From Paramoeba atlantica (Eukaryota > Protista > Discosea): a stretch of DNA of 64,000 bases. A program made the translations under genes and the position numbers. Shown one piece after another: positions 38,620 to 52,215 of the stretch (its first letter is position 1; the number at the start of each line of letters is the position of its first letter). The stretch lies in assembly GCA_977017575.1 (NCBI GenBank), contig CDRNVI010000161.1, positions 1-64,000 on the forward strand. Direction: 5' to 3'. Below the pieces are notes generated by a model. The model was given only the letters and a program-made list of their open reading frames with translations, was not told the origin of the DNA and searched no databases.

Positions 38620-40470
38620 AACATTTCTCCCAGAGTCTCACAGTTTTTGTGCTGTGTGGTTCACATATCTCAGATCAATCTTTTTCTTTGGTACAAAAAG
38701 GGTGGAGATGCTGCTGTTGGTGAAGTCTCCTCTTTGTCCTGTTCCTTTGCATACTTCTTGAGTACTTTCTCTGGCCTTCTTTTCCATTGTTTATCCCTCT
38801 TGATTATCCTTGGTTTTGGTCTCTTCCCTTTTTGGAGTAGAGTTTCTCAAGCCAACTCCAAAACCCCCCCCCTTATTTATTTTGATCTCAATCTTCCATC
38901 TTCTTTTCTTTCTGATTGCAATCTGAACCAATTGGGCCAATTCAACATTCAAATAGGTTCTTGGCTGCTTCCTCTTAACTGCCCAAAAGGTGGCTTGACA
39001 AAAGGTCTCAATATCTAGACCCCCCCTTGCATCCCCTGAGGATCTCAGTGACCCTTATCAAGGGGGGAAATATTCATCCTTTTGGCCAACTGAGCTGATT
39101 GGCATTACTAGTTTGCTCCTCTTGGGTTCATATTTCTTCATCACTTTCTTTGAAATCTCCTTGAACCTCCTCATTTGATAACATCCACCTCTCAAGATCC
39201 TTGAATTTCCTAAAGTTGGTGTTAGAGAATCATTTTCTTCTGTTCTTGTTGATAGGATTGAAGATTTCTCCTAAATCAAATTTCACTTTCTCATCCTTTC
39301 CATTCTCATGTGTCTCTCTCTCTCTTTTATTTCTTTCTCAAGTCCTAAATTCTCTTTCTCCATTTCCCCCTATTCCCCTCATTAATTCCACAAGCTGGTC
39401 TTCCACACCATGCTTGCATGAATTTGATCATGGTGACTACAATGATGAGGTACAAGAGTGCTTTTTATGTGCAGAAAGTGCTTAGATTCTTTGATCAAGG
39501 ATATCTTTTGAGATATTGCATTCCTTCTGATGATGTGTGCGCTTTTTGTCCATCTCCTGTGCACCCCATTTTGCCCCTCATCCACTCTTGTCTTACCCCT
39601 TCCTTCTTCTTTGCCTTCTTCTCCTCTGGTTTTTAATTTACTTTAAAGATGTCAGATCATGCAAGATGAACTTGTGGACACAGGATTGGAAATTCAAAAT
39701 TGATTATTCTTTGCTTCTATTTTTGATTCTGGTAATATTCCATTCAAGAGAAGATTTCTCATTTGTTTACAAAATGAATCAACCATTTGTTCAATTCAGG
39801 TCTATTGGTTTGTCTCCTCTCCAATATCTCTGCTTGTCCTTACCCCTCTCCTTAGGAGTTTGTTCATCAGTTATTCAAACTAAGTCTTGCTCAGATAAAG
39901 CATTAATCTTTTGGGTGACTCTTTTGTGCCCTACATTTGGTTTTGGCATGGGTGTGTGCACTCAAAACAAGTTGACCCATGCAACACCTCAGGCCCAAAA
40001 TGATGACTGTTTGTTGAGGGAGCAAGTTGACTCATGTTTTCTGATGACTCTTGTCTGGTTTGAGCAGGGGATCAAAGTTTCAAAATAAATCTCTTTCCAG
40101 ATCTCCAATGATGAGAGTGAAACTGTCATCTTGCTCATGATGAACAGTAACAGTTGAATCATTTTTGTTTGTCTAATTTTCTTTTGAGTTCATCAAGGTC
40201 CTTACAATTCTCAATCATTTCATTGAGTTGTGTCAGCATTTGCTTCTTTGCTGCTTGGAGGTCGATTTCCTCTTCTCTTTTCCTTTTGGGTGGTGGAGGG
40301 GTTTGATCAGATTGAGCAAACCACTGGACCAGGTTCATGCAATTACTTGAGAACATTTCAAAAGCTATATGTTGCCATAAGTTGAGATGAGGGAGGACCA
40401 AGTCTTGTGTCCCTGGCCAATTCTTTTCACTTTTAAAAGTTTTCCAATGTTCAGCCAAAGACATTGAAGA
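38620..40470 (-). other. Degenerate, CpG-depleted coding-like remnant of unknown family
   Basis: Broken minus-strand frames (e.g. 40159-40464 and RFKEISKKVMKKYEPK near 39150). No diagnostic motif was recognised. Confidence 0.3.
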
Positions 40471-41149
40471 TTACTGTGATCAGTGTTTTCTTCATAAGCT
40501 TACATCAGGTTGCATTGACCCAAACAATGAAGAAGAAGAAGAAGAAGAACTTGAATCAGAGTTTCTTCAAACAATCAGTGTCAAGTCAAGATCACTGAGA
40601 ATACATCCAGGAATGAGAGTCTCTGGTGAAAGAGTTTCTGTTTGGCCTTTTCTTTCAAATCAAACAATCCAATCATCAAAAGAATAATAAACACACACTT
40701 TTTTTTCTTTTTCTTTTTCTTTTTTGTTCCATTTCTTCAACCTTCACCATCTTCATTCAACCAAAAAACAAACAAATCAGAAAAGAGACCACAAGAGTGA
40801 ACATATGGATATAACATTAGATTTTTTTTGAAGGCTCAAAAGGAATATTTGAAGTCACTTCAATCCTAAAAACACTATGATTGCAAGTGCAGCTTAAGCC
40901 CACTCTTATGTAAAGCATTAAACCAACAGTTTTCACTCCAAAACCTGATGGAGGTTGAAACTTGAACAAGCCCATTTCAGGAATTTTAAGAGGATGGAAC
41001 TTTCCTTTGATAATTTCAAGAAAAAATATCACTCTAGTCTCCCCTCAACCAATTATATGATGTTCATTTCCAAAAAAATATGGTTTCTTTCTGAATAAAC
41101 ATTCAACTAGAAGTCAATTTGTAGAACCACACCACTATACACTCATTCA

Positions 41150-43650
41150 GACAGACCTGACAGATCTGTTAACTTGGAGCAAAGATGGTCTTTATTTTTT
41201 TGTTAAAAGCAACATGTAATCATGGATGGGGTGATCTCTCATGATGATAATGTGGTTAAAAAAGCAATTAAGGATTTTTGGGAGGGTCTTCTCAGCACAG
41301 AAAGACCATATAACAAAGATTCTCTTGATGAACTGATTGCTGACCACCAACCTCATTTCCTCCCAGTTGAGAAACATAATGTGGACAGGAAGAAAGTCAA
41401 TAAACTACTTCAGAGAACCAACAACACCAGCACAGGACCTGATGGTATTCCCTTCTCTTTGTATAAGGCAACACAAGAGAAGTACTTTGATATGTGGGTA
41501 AAACTAATTCAACAAGCAGGTGAGGTTATGGATTTTCAGGAGATCAATTGATGAAGCAGTAAAATCAGTATATGACTCTTTTTACAAAGCTTTGGCAGAG
41601 GGGAAAGATGTGACTCTCCTCCAAACAGACTTTTGCAAGGCATATGATTATGTGAATTGTGATGCACTCCTTTATATTCTCAAAGGTTTGAACACCCCCC
41701 TCAAGCAATCTATGTTGTTGAGAAAGTCCTTTGTGAATATGTAACCTGGCTGCCAAATATTGGTGGATCTAAGAGGGCAGGCACCAAAGAATCAATTCAA
41801 AGATGGACAGGAGTTAGACAAGGATGCTCAATCTCCCCTCTATTGTTTGTGATTGTGTTTGACATCTTCCTTGTGAGTTTGAAGAAGAAACACAACCCCC
41901 AAGATCTGCCAGGCTTTATGGATGATTTGAGGATGGTGCTTTAGTGAGCTGAAACCATCAATTCTCTCACTCCAACCTTTAAGAAATATGAAGAAGTGAC
42001 TGGAGCTAAACTGAACTTTAATAAGTGCTTTGACCTCTCAACTGAGTCTTACAAACCAGTAGGCCCCTGGTCTGAGATGGCAAGACCCAATTACTGTGGT
42101 GATGAAACTGGAAGTGAGATTGAGTAAATGGTTATTTCCTCTCAAAGATTGGAAAAAGGTGGTTGTGCACAGGGTGCTAGTTTAGCCCCAGGGGAATTCA
42201 GTGAAAGATGAAGCTCAAAAAGGAGAAGAATTATGAACTTGTAGAGTTCAGATATTAGCTGAAGAAGAGAAAGAGAAAGAAACTCACTTGGGAGTTTTAG
42301 AATAAAAAAAGTGCTTGAAGACCATTCTTGAGTCCATTGTTTTCTGTGTGTCAGAGTGACTGTGTGTTTGGTGTGGAGTCAGGAGGTCATTCACTGTGGT
42401 CTAAAAGATGAAGAAAGTTGAAACAGCAATTAAAAAGAGAGGTGGGAATTTTTGCTCAAGAGTGAAGATGGTCAATACCTATCTAACTCCATGTATGGAA
42501 TACTTAGTGAGATTCAAGTTGATCCTAAAATCTGTCACCTCTTTGATGTGGAAATCCATCTGCTTAGCCCTGGGTGCCATGCCAACACTAAAACCTCTGT
42601 TCTTACTTTATGCTATCCCCTTTGGACTCAAATCCTCAACTACACCACTCCATTGTTTTTAATTAGGCTCTTTTCACCTCTTGTCCACCAATAAGGAGTG
42701 ACTATCAGAGTCCTCTCTCCATTGGAGCTATGCAGAAGGATGCTTTCATTGCAGCCCAAAGCCTTTCTTCCAAAGTTGTGTTTGGCCAGGCCACTTGTGT
42801 TGTATATACCAATATGTCTCAAATAATTTCAATTGAAATCAAAGACTTGTATGTGGGGGAAGGAAGAGCTGAGTGTGTGGTGTACAACTTGACTCATGCA
42901 ATTAGACCTCAGCTCAAGAGGAATTTACTTAAATTTCTAATAAAAGAGCTATCTACAAGAAACAAGTTGTCTCACTTCTCAAACTAAGATTCAAGTTGTT
43001 GCTTAGCTGCCACTGAGAAAAGGAGTTATGATTTCATCTATTGGAAAAATGTTCTGTGGCTGAGGGTCTTCTTTAAGCAAGGGGAAGGAAATGTATTTTG
43101 CTGAAAGTACTCAACTGGCAAGAAACTAAGAGTGTGTGGCCTTGTCTCAAAGTATCTTACCAGGCAAGAAACCTCTGTGGTGAGTGCTGCCCTGCTGAGT
43201 TTGTAGCTCACAGTGTGTGCAAAAGGAACTAAATCAGCCTAATATACTAAAAAAATTTTTAGAAAAATCTTAAGAAAGAATAAAATCCTCCTTTGGCCTC
43301 TAAGGACTCAAACCAAGAAAGAATTAAAGAAAAGAAAAGTTTTAAATTCAAAGGTTTTTTAATGTTTTATAATGGTTCAGGACATACAAACCCTCATTTA
43401 GAGGGTGTAGGTTTTGCAGTTTTCAGGAAAGAAAGAGAGATATGTGGTGGGTTTGAAACCATTTCTTTTGGTTTTAACAATATTGGTGAATTTACAGGCT
43501 GTTTGAGAGGGATACAAAATGTTAAATCAATGATAAAAGAGATTATGATTGTTGAAGATTGTATAATTCTTACCAAGATAATGTTCAAAACCCATACTAG
43601 AAAAAATTATACTTTAAATGAATTACTTTGTGAAATTACAAGTTAAGGCT
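41150..43650 (+). mobile_element. Degenerate L1-like LINE: RT and C-terminal RNase H
   Basis: STGPDGIPFSLYK, LLQTDFCKAYDYV, GVRQGCSISPLLF, FMDDL, VTGAKLNFNKC, RVKMVNTYL. RNase H FYNGSG.NP..GVGF...NNIGEF..CLRGI...VEDC at about 43360-43600. Confidence 0.8.
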
Positions 43651-44854
43651 TGAAGGTTTGTAACACTATAAGTAAAACAACTATTTAAGATAAGAAAAGC
43701 TTTGGTATTATCTTTGAACTCTAAAAATCAACATCTTATAATCACTTTTAGAACAAAAATTTTATCAATTCAATAAGAAAATAACTTATTATTGATATTT
43801 GGTGATGAAAATGATATTACATAACACCACTCATTCACTGAGAGATTATACATTACCTCTAAGTTTGAAACAAAGGATATTGTTTTGATAATTGTAAAAA
43901 TTGAAAGATTCCATCCAATAATACCAACTATGAGCATTAAAGTGATATAGAATTCATTTCAAGAGGAACAATATCTATGAGAGCAATTATGTATTAAAAC
44001 AACTTTGAGTTTTTTAGTATCTTTTTTGTAATTAAAATCAGTTTCATTAATATTCATGATCAATTGAAAGTGAGCAGCATCAATCTTTTCTTGCAATTCT
44101 TTTACATTTTGTTTCAGCTTTTCTTCAAACAAACTGCATCTCTCTGCCTCAAGTGGCTCTAAATCAATAAGAAAAAGTTGTTTTTCACTCTAAACAAAGA
44201 AATAAATCCAAGTGAAAAAGATTGCTTTTAAGAAAGTGGTATTAATCCAATCTTTGAGGGTGGTTTGGATCAATGAAACTTGGTTTCCATTACATTTTTA
44301 CATATATTTAACAATTTTATCAATTTGAAAAGGTTCAATCTTTGTAAAGTGTTTTCACATCTTTGATTTCACTCTAAAAAGCAGGTTACCCCAGGTTTTG
44401 GAAAGTTTTCTGTTTTGTTGTTAGTCAATTTGAAAAAAACAACTCACATTTGTAAAAGTTATTATTTATTCTTTTTCATTTGGACTATTAAGAATTAATT
44501 TTTTATAAAAACAATAATATTACTTTATTAAAGTTTAACAAAGAGTTAACTTTTCTTATTCAAAGGTTTTAGAAAAAAAAATGTATTCATGAACTAGAAG
44601 TTTTAAATTTTACAATGAAATTACTTCAACAAGAAGAGCAAAAGATTTTTTTTTTTTTATAAAAGAAGATAATAGATTCTTGTATATGAGTTTAGGTGAA
44701 ATGAAGCAATTAAACAAAAACCAACAAAAACAAACAAAAAACTAAAATCAATTTCAGAAACAAAATTAATTTTCTTTATTTGGCTAAAAAAAAAATATTT
44801 TTCTCAATTTGATTTTTATATTTTTGAAAAAAATAAGATTTTAAATATTCAAAA

Positions 44855-45925
44855 AAGAGAATCAGAAAATAAATTAAGAAATTACATTCAATATGGAGAC
44901 ATAATTAAGAAATTGAAATTACAAAAAATTAATATAAAAAAAAGAAAATAAAAAATAAATCAAATACATCAATTCAAAACAATTAAGAAATTTGATTGAA
45001 TCAACTTAAAAAATATCATAGATCTGAAATATAAATTCTAAAAATATCAGAGAATCAGAAAATAAATTAAGGAATTGCATTCAATATGGAGACATAATTA
45101 AGAAATTGAAATTACAAAAAAATAATATGAAAAAAATGAAATAAAAAATAAATCAAATACATCAATTCAAAACAATTAAGAAATTTTATTGAACCAACTT
45201 AAAAAATATCACAGATCTGAAATATAAGTTCTAAAAATATCAGAGAATCAGAAAATAAATTAAGAAATTACATTCAATATGAAGACATAATTAAGAAATT
45301 GAAATTACAAAAAATTAATATAAAAAAAAGAAAATAAAAAATAAATCAAATACATCAATTCAAAACAATTAAGAAATTTGATTGAATCAACTTAAAAAAT
45401 ATCATAGATCTGAAATATAAATTCTAAAAATATCAGAGAATCAGAAAATAAATTAAGGAATTGCATTCAATATGGAGACATAATTAAGAAATTGAAATTA
45501 CAAAAAAATAATATGAAAAAAATGAAATAAAAAATAAATCAAATACATCAATTCAAAACAATTAAGAAATTTTATTGAACCAACTTAAAAAATATCATAG
45601 ATCTGAAAAATAAGTTCTAAAAATATCAGAGAATCAGAAAATAAATTAAAGAATTGCATTCAATATAGAAACATAATTAAGAAATTGAAATTACAAAAAA
45701 TTAATGTAAAAAAAAGAAAATAAAAAATAAATCAAATACATCAATTCAAAACAATTAAGAAATTTGATTGAACCAACTTAAAAAATATTTTTAAAATAAA
45801 AAATAAATTTAAAAAATATTACAAAATCAGAAAATAAATTAAAACATTTTATTCAATATAGAAATATAATTAAGAAATTGAAATTACAAAAAAATAATAT
45901 AAAAAAAATTACTTTTAATCATTTC
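44855..45925. repeat. 193-bp satellite (IGS B), about 5.5 units, alternating two-monomer pattern
   Basis: Anchor C at 44922, 45115, 45308, 45501, 45694 and 45887. Units 1/3 and 2/4 share diagnostic variants. Confidence 0.95.
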
Positions 45926-45988
45926 TTATTGATTCTCTATTTCAAATATCCAAGTAAAAGAGGGCAAACAACTCCACACAAACATTTC

Positions 45989-47460
45989 ATAATGATGTAA
46001 GTTTTGATAACAGACCAAACTATTGTATGAATAAACTAAAAACTGATTTGAGTAGAGAGGTGTGAGGTAGTGAATAAAATTATATTGTACTGCTCAAATA
46101 GAATGCTTATACTTGTTTAATAAAGTTGATGCAAGTTTTTCAAGTTGATACAGGAAGTGTGAAAAAGAGTGAATATTTTTTACTCTTGTTGGAGCCTTCA
46201 TTGATAAGTCAGATTTACCACCACAATCAAAACTACCATTATCAATAACTTATTCAACTCAAAAAGACAGATTTTTGATTAGTGCCTTTCAAAAAGCTTC
46301 TTTAACAAGATCACATTTATAGGCATGGCAACCAAAAATCTGAAAGACTTTTCTAGCCATTTGATTCAATTCTTCAATTGCTGCTGCTAGGTTTGAAGGA
46401 GTATGATCCCCCATTACAGATCCAAAGGAAGAGAGGTTCAAAGAATCTAAAAAGGACTAGACTTCAGGGAATTTCTTTGCCAGATTTTGTAGACCATTTA
46501 AAAGAGAAAAATTATTCTTTGCAATTGACAAGGCATCATGATCAACTGCTTCTTGAATACTCAAATTAACATGCCCACCTTCACCCTGGATACCAACAGA
46601 AAGAAGATTTCATCTTTGTGATGAATTTCCATCATGAGAGAAAGTTGGGGATTTTAGTTCTTGGATCAGTAGTGCTTCTAATTTTAATTGAATGCTGTCT
46701 TCACAACAAATCTGTTGGATTGTGGTTGATGATGAAAGAGTAAGGTCTTTTTCTAAAAAAATTCAGAAAAATTCTCAAATTGCAGAAGAAATATTTCTCT
46801 GGACCATCTCAAAGGAAAAAAGAGAACAAATCAAATTGTGAACTTTTTGAGAAAATTGCAATCTACCAGCACCAAGTTCAAGAGTTCTTACCTGCTCTTT
46901 CATTTCTTCTTTTTCTTTTTCATTGTTCTCCTTGTCCTCTTTAGTTTTCTTTGCAAGAGCAAGGAGGTTATGAAATGAAATTTCCTTAGAAAGATCAATC
47001 AAATGATGAACTTTTATCAACAAAAAGATCAAGATTATTAAATGCTTTGATGTGTGGTGGGCAGCAAATAAAATAATCACAAGCAGGTTGGCTTTCCTTG
47101 TTTCAATCATGACCACTTCATAAACCACCAGAAAATTCCCCACCACTTCCACAAAAGCAGATTGCCCAACTTTATCAAAGAATTTGGGGGTCAATAAAGA
47201 AAAACAACCATTTTCATTCAAAACAAAATGTTCAACAACAATTCACAATTTTCAGTGTTTCAATCATTGGTTCCAGGAGGTGAGTCCTTCTCTAATAATT
47301 TTTCAATCTAAAGCCTTTTCTAATTGTCTTCACCATTTCTCCTCAAACAAGGAAGGAACAGCAATGAATGGTCCAGCATAAGTCATTGCTTTGTGGTTTG
47401 GTCCTTGACAATATTCACACTCAGCTTGCACTACTTTCAAGAATCACTTCTTTATGGGTT
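45989..47460 (-). pseudogene. DDE transposase remnant, IGS B copy of 1262-2700
   Basis: Colinear with the A copy and more mutated. Confidence 0.6.
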
Positions 47461-47919
47461 TCATGAGTCTTTTTTCAAAAAAAAAAAAGATCAGTTTCAA
47501 GAAGAGGGTCTTTGAATTCAAAATCCAAAAGAATTTTGGGGATTGAAAGAAATACCTGCCTTAATCAGAGTTGTACAACAATTTTTTTGAGCAATTTCAA
47601 GGGCCAGAACAATTCAACTCCAAAACAAAAGAACAAAAAAAGAAAAAAATCTTTGTCATGGCACTACCTGCACAACTTTGGGCATGTTTGCACTCTAGAA
47701 AGAGAGAAAGAGTGGTGGTGAGAAAGAGAGAAAGGAGAGACAAAAGAAAAACAAAGAATTCAAAAATCCCAAAAGAGAGAAGAAGAATGAAAGAGAAAGA
47801 AAAGAAAAACAAAAACAAAGTGAAAAAGACAAAAAGACAAAAAAAAAAAGGAGGGAAGGGAGGAAAGGAAAAAAAAAAAAGAGAGATTTCAAAAGAAAAA
47901 GAAAAAAAAAAAAGAGAAA

Positions 47920-50900
47920 AAAAAAAGACTTTTTCCCCCTTGAAAAACAACAAACAACAAACCACAAACCAACCACACCACCAATCACTTCCCACTTCAT
48001 TCGAATCAATACTCACTCTCCCCTCTTCCTCTCAAACCCCACCTTCAAAAGCTCTGCTCCCCACCCCTGATGTAACAACAGATTTTCAAGATTGCCATGG
48101 CCATGCCTCTCGATCTTGGGCACCCTCAAACCAGATAGCACAGAAAACTTTCGGTTCCCAAAACTTCACTTGGGCCAAGTGGAGAAAGAGTCACAGCCAA
48201 GAAGGAGAGCAAGAGAAAGAAAAAGAAGGAAAAAAAGAAGAGGTCAGAGAAAGAGAAAAGGAAGGAAAAAGACAAAGAGAACCCCAAAAAAGCGAGAGAG
48301 CAGGAGCAGAAACAATGAAGAAAGAGAGAAAAGAAAGGAAGAGAATGAAAAGAAAAAGAAAATAGAGGAGGAAAAAAAACAGAAAGGAAAAAGAATGGAA
48401 AAAAAGAGGAAGAAAGAGAAAAATCAGAAAAAGAAAAGAATGAAAGAAACAGAAAAGAAAGAGAAAAAGAACTAAATCGAATGGACAATCCTCAGGCCCA
48501 AAAGACAACTTCACATCCTCCAAAATTCCTTGGCAATTGCTTGTACCAAAGATGCAGAGGCCAACACCAAAAAGTAATAGTCTCCCGATGTGAGAAGTGC
48601 CTCCTTACATTCTGCTCCTTTTCCCACCACAGGAAGTCACAAACTCTCTGTCACCCTCTTCCTCCTCCCCCCCCCCAACCTCTCCCATCCCTAACCTCCC
48701 CTCCCTGCTCTCCCTCCAATCCCTCCTCCCACCCTCCCTCCCCAATTCCCTCCCACCCTCCCTCCCCACTCCCCTCCCCCACTCCCTATCCCTCTCTGCA
48801 TCTCAATTTTAATCCTGATCTCGATCCCTCCAGCACCCCTCCCCCTTCATGTAACAACCCTGAATGCAATGGTAAAGCAGAAGTTGGCTCCCACATCTCC
48901 TGTAACCACTGCCAAATGCATTATTGTTCAACACAATGCCACAACAGCACAGAAAACCATCCCATCACCCCTTTTCCTCCTCCCCCATCTCACCCCTCAC
49001 CTCACACACCTCTCCACCCTCCTTCCCATCCACCTCATTTGCCCCCCCCCCAAGCCCACCTCACCACCTCCCTTCCCACACCCCCTCTCACTCCCCTCTC
49101 ACTCCCCCTCCCCAACAACTTTCCCACCGCCCTTCTTCTCATGGCCCACCTTCTTTTCAACAAACTCCTCCCTCCCTCTCCCTTATCCTTGAACTCTTCG
49201 AAAATGGCTCCTATGAAGATATAGTCTTAACTGTCCCCCGCTTCAGAAACTTGGATCGCGCAAGAACAAGCTCCCTCCAAACATGCAGAGCTCGTGACCT
49301 CCTTGGACTTGGAATCAACCACTTCTTTGATGGCCAACACCATTCTCTCCTCAGATTTCAAAAATGCTCAACAAACAAAGCAAGATGAGATATCGTCCCC
49401 CTTCTCTTGAATCGCAAGTAGCACGGGGAGAATAGCCTTTCTCCTACAGTTCTGGCAACACTGGAAACCTGCACCACAGCCTCCCAAAATCTCGCTCACA
49501 AATGTCAAAGACAACTTCTTTTTCATCTGTGGGGATGGATCTGTTGCTACCAACCCAAATGGATGGTGCGTTGGAAGCTCATCACTCTGTGTCATTCGTG
49601 AGAACAAGGAAATTGTCCACTCTCTCATCCATTCTCCCAAGCCCTGAAAACCATATTAACTGGAGAAACCACGAGAACAACTCTTTGGCAGATAGGATCA
49701 CAAGTTTAGCAGTACACAGAGGATGCCCTGACAACACCTGGAGAATCACACCCATCCTCAACCCAGACCCACAACACATCCAACAACTCTTCTTCAATCA
49801 TGGGCGCTCTACAACCCTTCCTCATGGAAGCAAAGAAGAGGCTGCAATGAACTTCATCCTCTCTCTTGAAGGAGACTCCTTCTCAAAACACATCCCCCTC
49901 CGCTACATGGACTCAGTACCACTCTGCCTTCGTGATACAGTCATCAAAACTTTTTGTGCTGTATGACACCTCTTTCATAAGATACCCCAACTCCTGATCC
50001 TCCTCCCAAAATGGATCATTGGCTGCCTTAGAAGGAGTACTCGAGGAATGAAAGAAGTGAAATCTTGATGCACCATGGTGCGAAATTTTGAGTGGGAGAG
50101 ACTCCACAAAAAACTCGAGGGCAAGCTCAGCAAACTCAAGCAAAAGAGGAGGCAGAAGTCCACCAAGAAAACCAAGGCAGACCAGATTATTGAAGAGGTC
50201 AGAAAAGGACATCTCTCCAAAGCTGCAAGGAAGCTTCAATCCAAGAGTGGATTCAGGGATCTCTCAGTCCCAGAAAATCGTGAAACTGCGAAGAACCTCT
50301 ACCCAAGATCTGAGCAGGCGTGGACTCCACCAGATGGAGAAGAAATTCCTGACTGGAAACCAGCAATCCTTGAACAAGATGAGTTTCAGTCCTTTGACTC
50401 ACTTGATCTGGCCCTTCGGAGACTTCCAAAAGGCCGCACACCAGGGCTCTCAGGAATGTCTTATGAGTTTGTCACACTCCTATGCACAGACCGAGAACTC
50501 TGCTCAACCCTCAAAGAATTGACTGTCTTAATCACCAACCAAAAACTCAATGAAACCATACACAACATCATGGCAACCTCTCTCTTCATTCCTCTGGCAA
50601 AAGGGTCCAGCAAGGAGATCCCCTCGGGACAATTTTCTTTTGTCTGGGATTTCATGGAATCCTCAATCCAATCTTTCAGAAGGTTGATGCTCCACCGAAT
50701 GCACTTCTTCTTCTCCTCTTTGTCGATGATATATTTGTTTGTGGGAGCCCAGTTGCCATTGCAGAAATCACCACTCAGATCCAGAGTGTCCTCCCAAATG
50801 CCAACCTCAAACTTGGCACAGAAAGGGGCAAAATGGTCTGTTTCTCTCCCGAAGCGCCCAGGAGCAATGACCTCAAAAATCTTGGCATTGGGAAGGCGGA

Positions 50901-51314
50901 AGTAATCACAGTTCTAGGGTCACCCATCGGGCTGAACTCAAATTTCCAAGTGGCTTCACACCCTTGCTCAAGAATACCAACAAGCATCGCAAGACCACTG
51001 TTTAATAATGTTCTCCAACCCCCATGAAAGTCTTGAGCTTTTTGTTAAAACCATCACACCCAAACTAACATACATCTGTTGCACAACACCTCTCTCTTTA
51101 ACCCCTTTCCAAGACTTCATCAAGCAAACCACTACAACAAACATCAATTACCTCCTCAACCCCCTCCAAGTCCCCCACCTGCATCCAAACAAAGAACTCC
51201 ATCTCTCTCAAGTAGAAGCTGCAGGCCTTCCAAAGTCAAAAGGTGGTGGTGGCTTGAGCTACTCTCAGAACACCCACCAAGCAGCCTTCCTTGGCTCCTG
51301 GATCTCAGTCTACC
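47920..51314 (+). mobile_element. CRE-like retrotransposon, IGS B copy: keeps the N-terminal Zn-finger region, has an internal RT deletion and lost its 3' half
   Basis: 48481-49224 encodes two Cys-rich repeats (CLYQRC..CEKC..C..HH; CNNPEC..CNHC..C..CH) around Pro-rich tracts. It lacks A 4727-5093 and is truncated at the equivalent of A 5804. Confidence 0.85.
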
Positions 51315-51984
51315 AAAGAGAGAAAACCCGATCAAAAAAGGGAAGAAAGGGGAACAAGAAAAAGGGGAACAAGAAAAAGAGGAACAAAAAAAAGAGAAAA
51401 AGTGAGAAAGTGAAAAAGTGAAAAAAAAGAGAAGAGATAAAAGTGAAAAAGAGAAGAAAAAACAGAAAAGTAAAGAAATAAAAAAAATAAAGAGAGAACC
51501 CATTCCGGTCCCATTCATAAAGGGCAAAAAAGTTCGAGAAAGAGGAAAGAAAAAAAGAGAGAAAAAAGAAAAAAAGAGAGAAAAAAGAAAAAGAGAGAGA
51601 AAAAAGAAAAAGAGAGAGAAAAGAAAAAAGAGAGAGAAAAGAAAAAAGAAAAAGAGAGAGAAAAGAAAAAGAGAAGAGAGAGAAGAGAAAAGGCAAAACA
51701 AAACCAATGAGGCCAGAAAAATTATGAACCCTAAAATCTTTTTTTTTGGTGCTAAAATAAACCAGCGTTGAAAAAATATTTTACAAGGAAATTTTGATGA
51801 GAATTTTTTTTTCAATGCCCTGAAAAACCTTTGCAATTGCGCTCCTTTCCCTTGGCAACCCGGTGAGAGAGAGGAAAGAGCGAAAGGAGAAGAAAAGAGG
51901 AAAGAGAAAAAGAAAAGAAAGAAAGAGAAATTAAAAAAAGAATTAACTTAAAAAAAAAAGAACTAAAAAAAAAGGGAAAGAGGA

Positions 51985-52215
51985 AGAAGGAGAGAAGGAG
52001 GGAAGAAGGAGGGAAGAAGGAGGGAAGAAGGAGGGAAGAGGGAGGGAAGAGGGAGGGAAGAAGGAGGGAAGAAGGAGGGAAGAAGGAGGGAAGAAGGAGG
52101 GAAGAGGGAGGGAAGAGGGAGGGAAGAAGGAGGGAAGAGGGAGGGAAGAAGGAGGGAAGAGGGAGGGAAGAGGGAGGGAAGGTAAGGAAGGAGGAAAGGT
52201 TGGGGAAGGTTGGGA
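51985..52215 (+). repeat. (GGAGGGAAGA[A/G])n purine minisatellite
   Basis: 11-bp units at the position equivalent to A 10555-10810. Confidence 0.85.

Noticed and set aside
42090-42400. Possible 300-bp insertion in the L1-like element between ACTGTGGT repeats or CACAG/CTGTG ends
   Set aside because: RT-like coding continues past the first repeat, the TIR match is only 5 bp and no consistent TSD is present. An insertion is possible but its boundaries are unsupported.
44855-45925. CRISPR-like array
   Set aside because: These are tandem monomers without unique spacers, with no cas genes, in a eukaryotic context.
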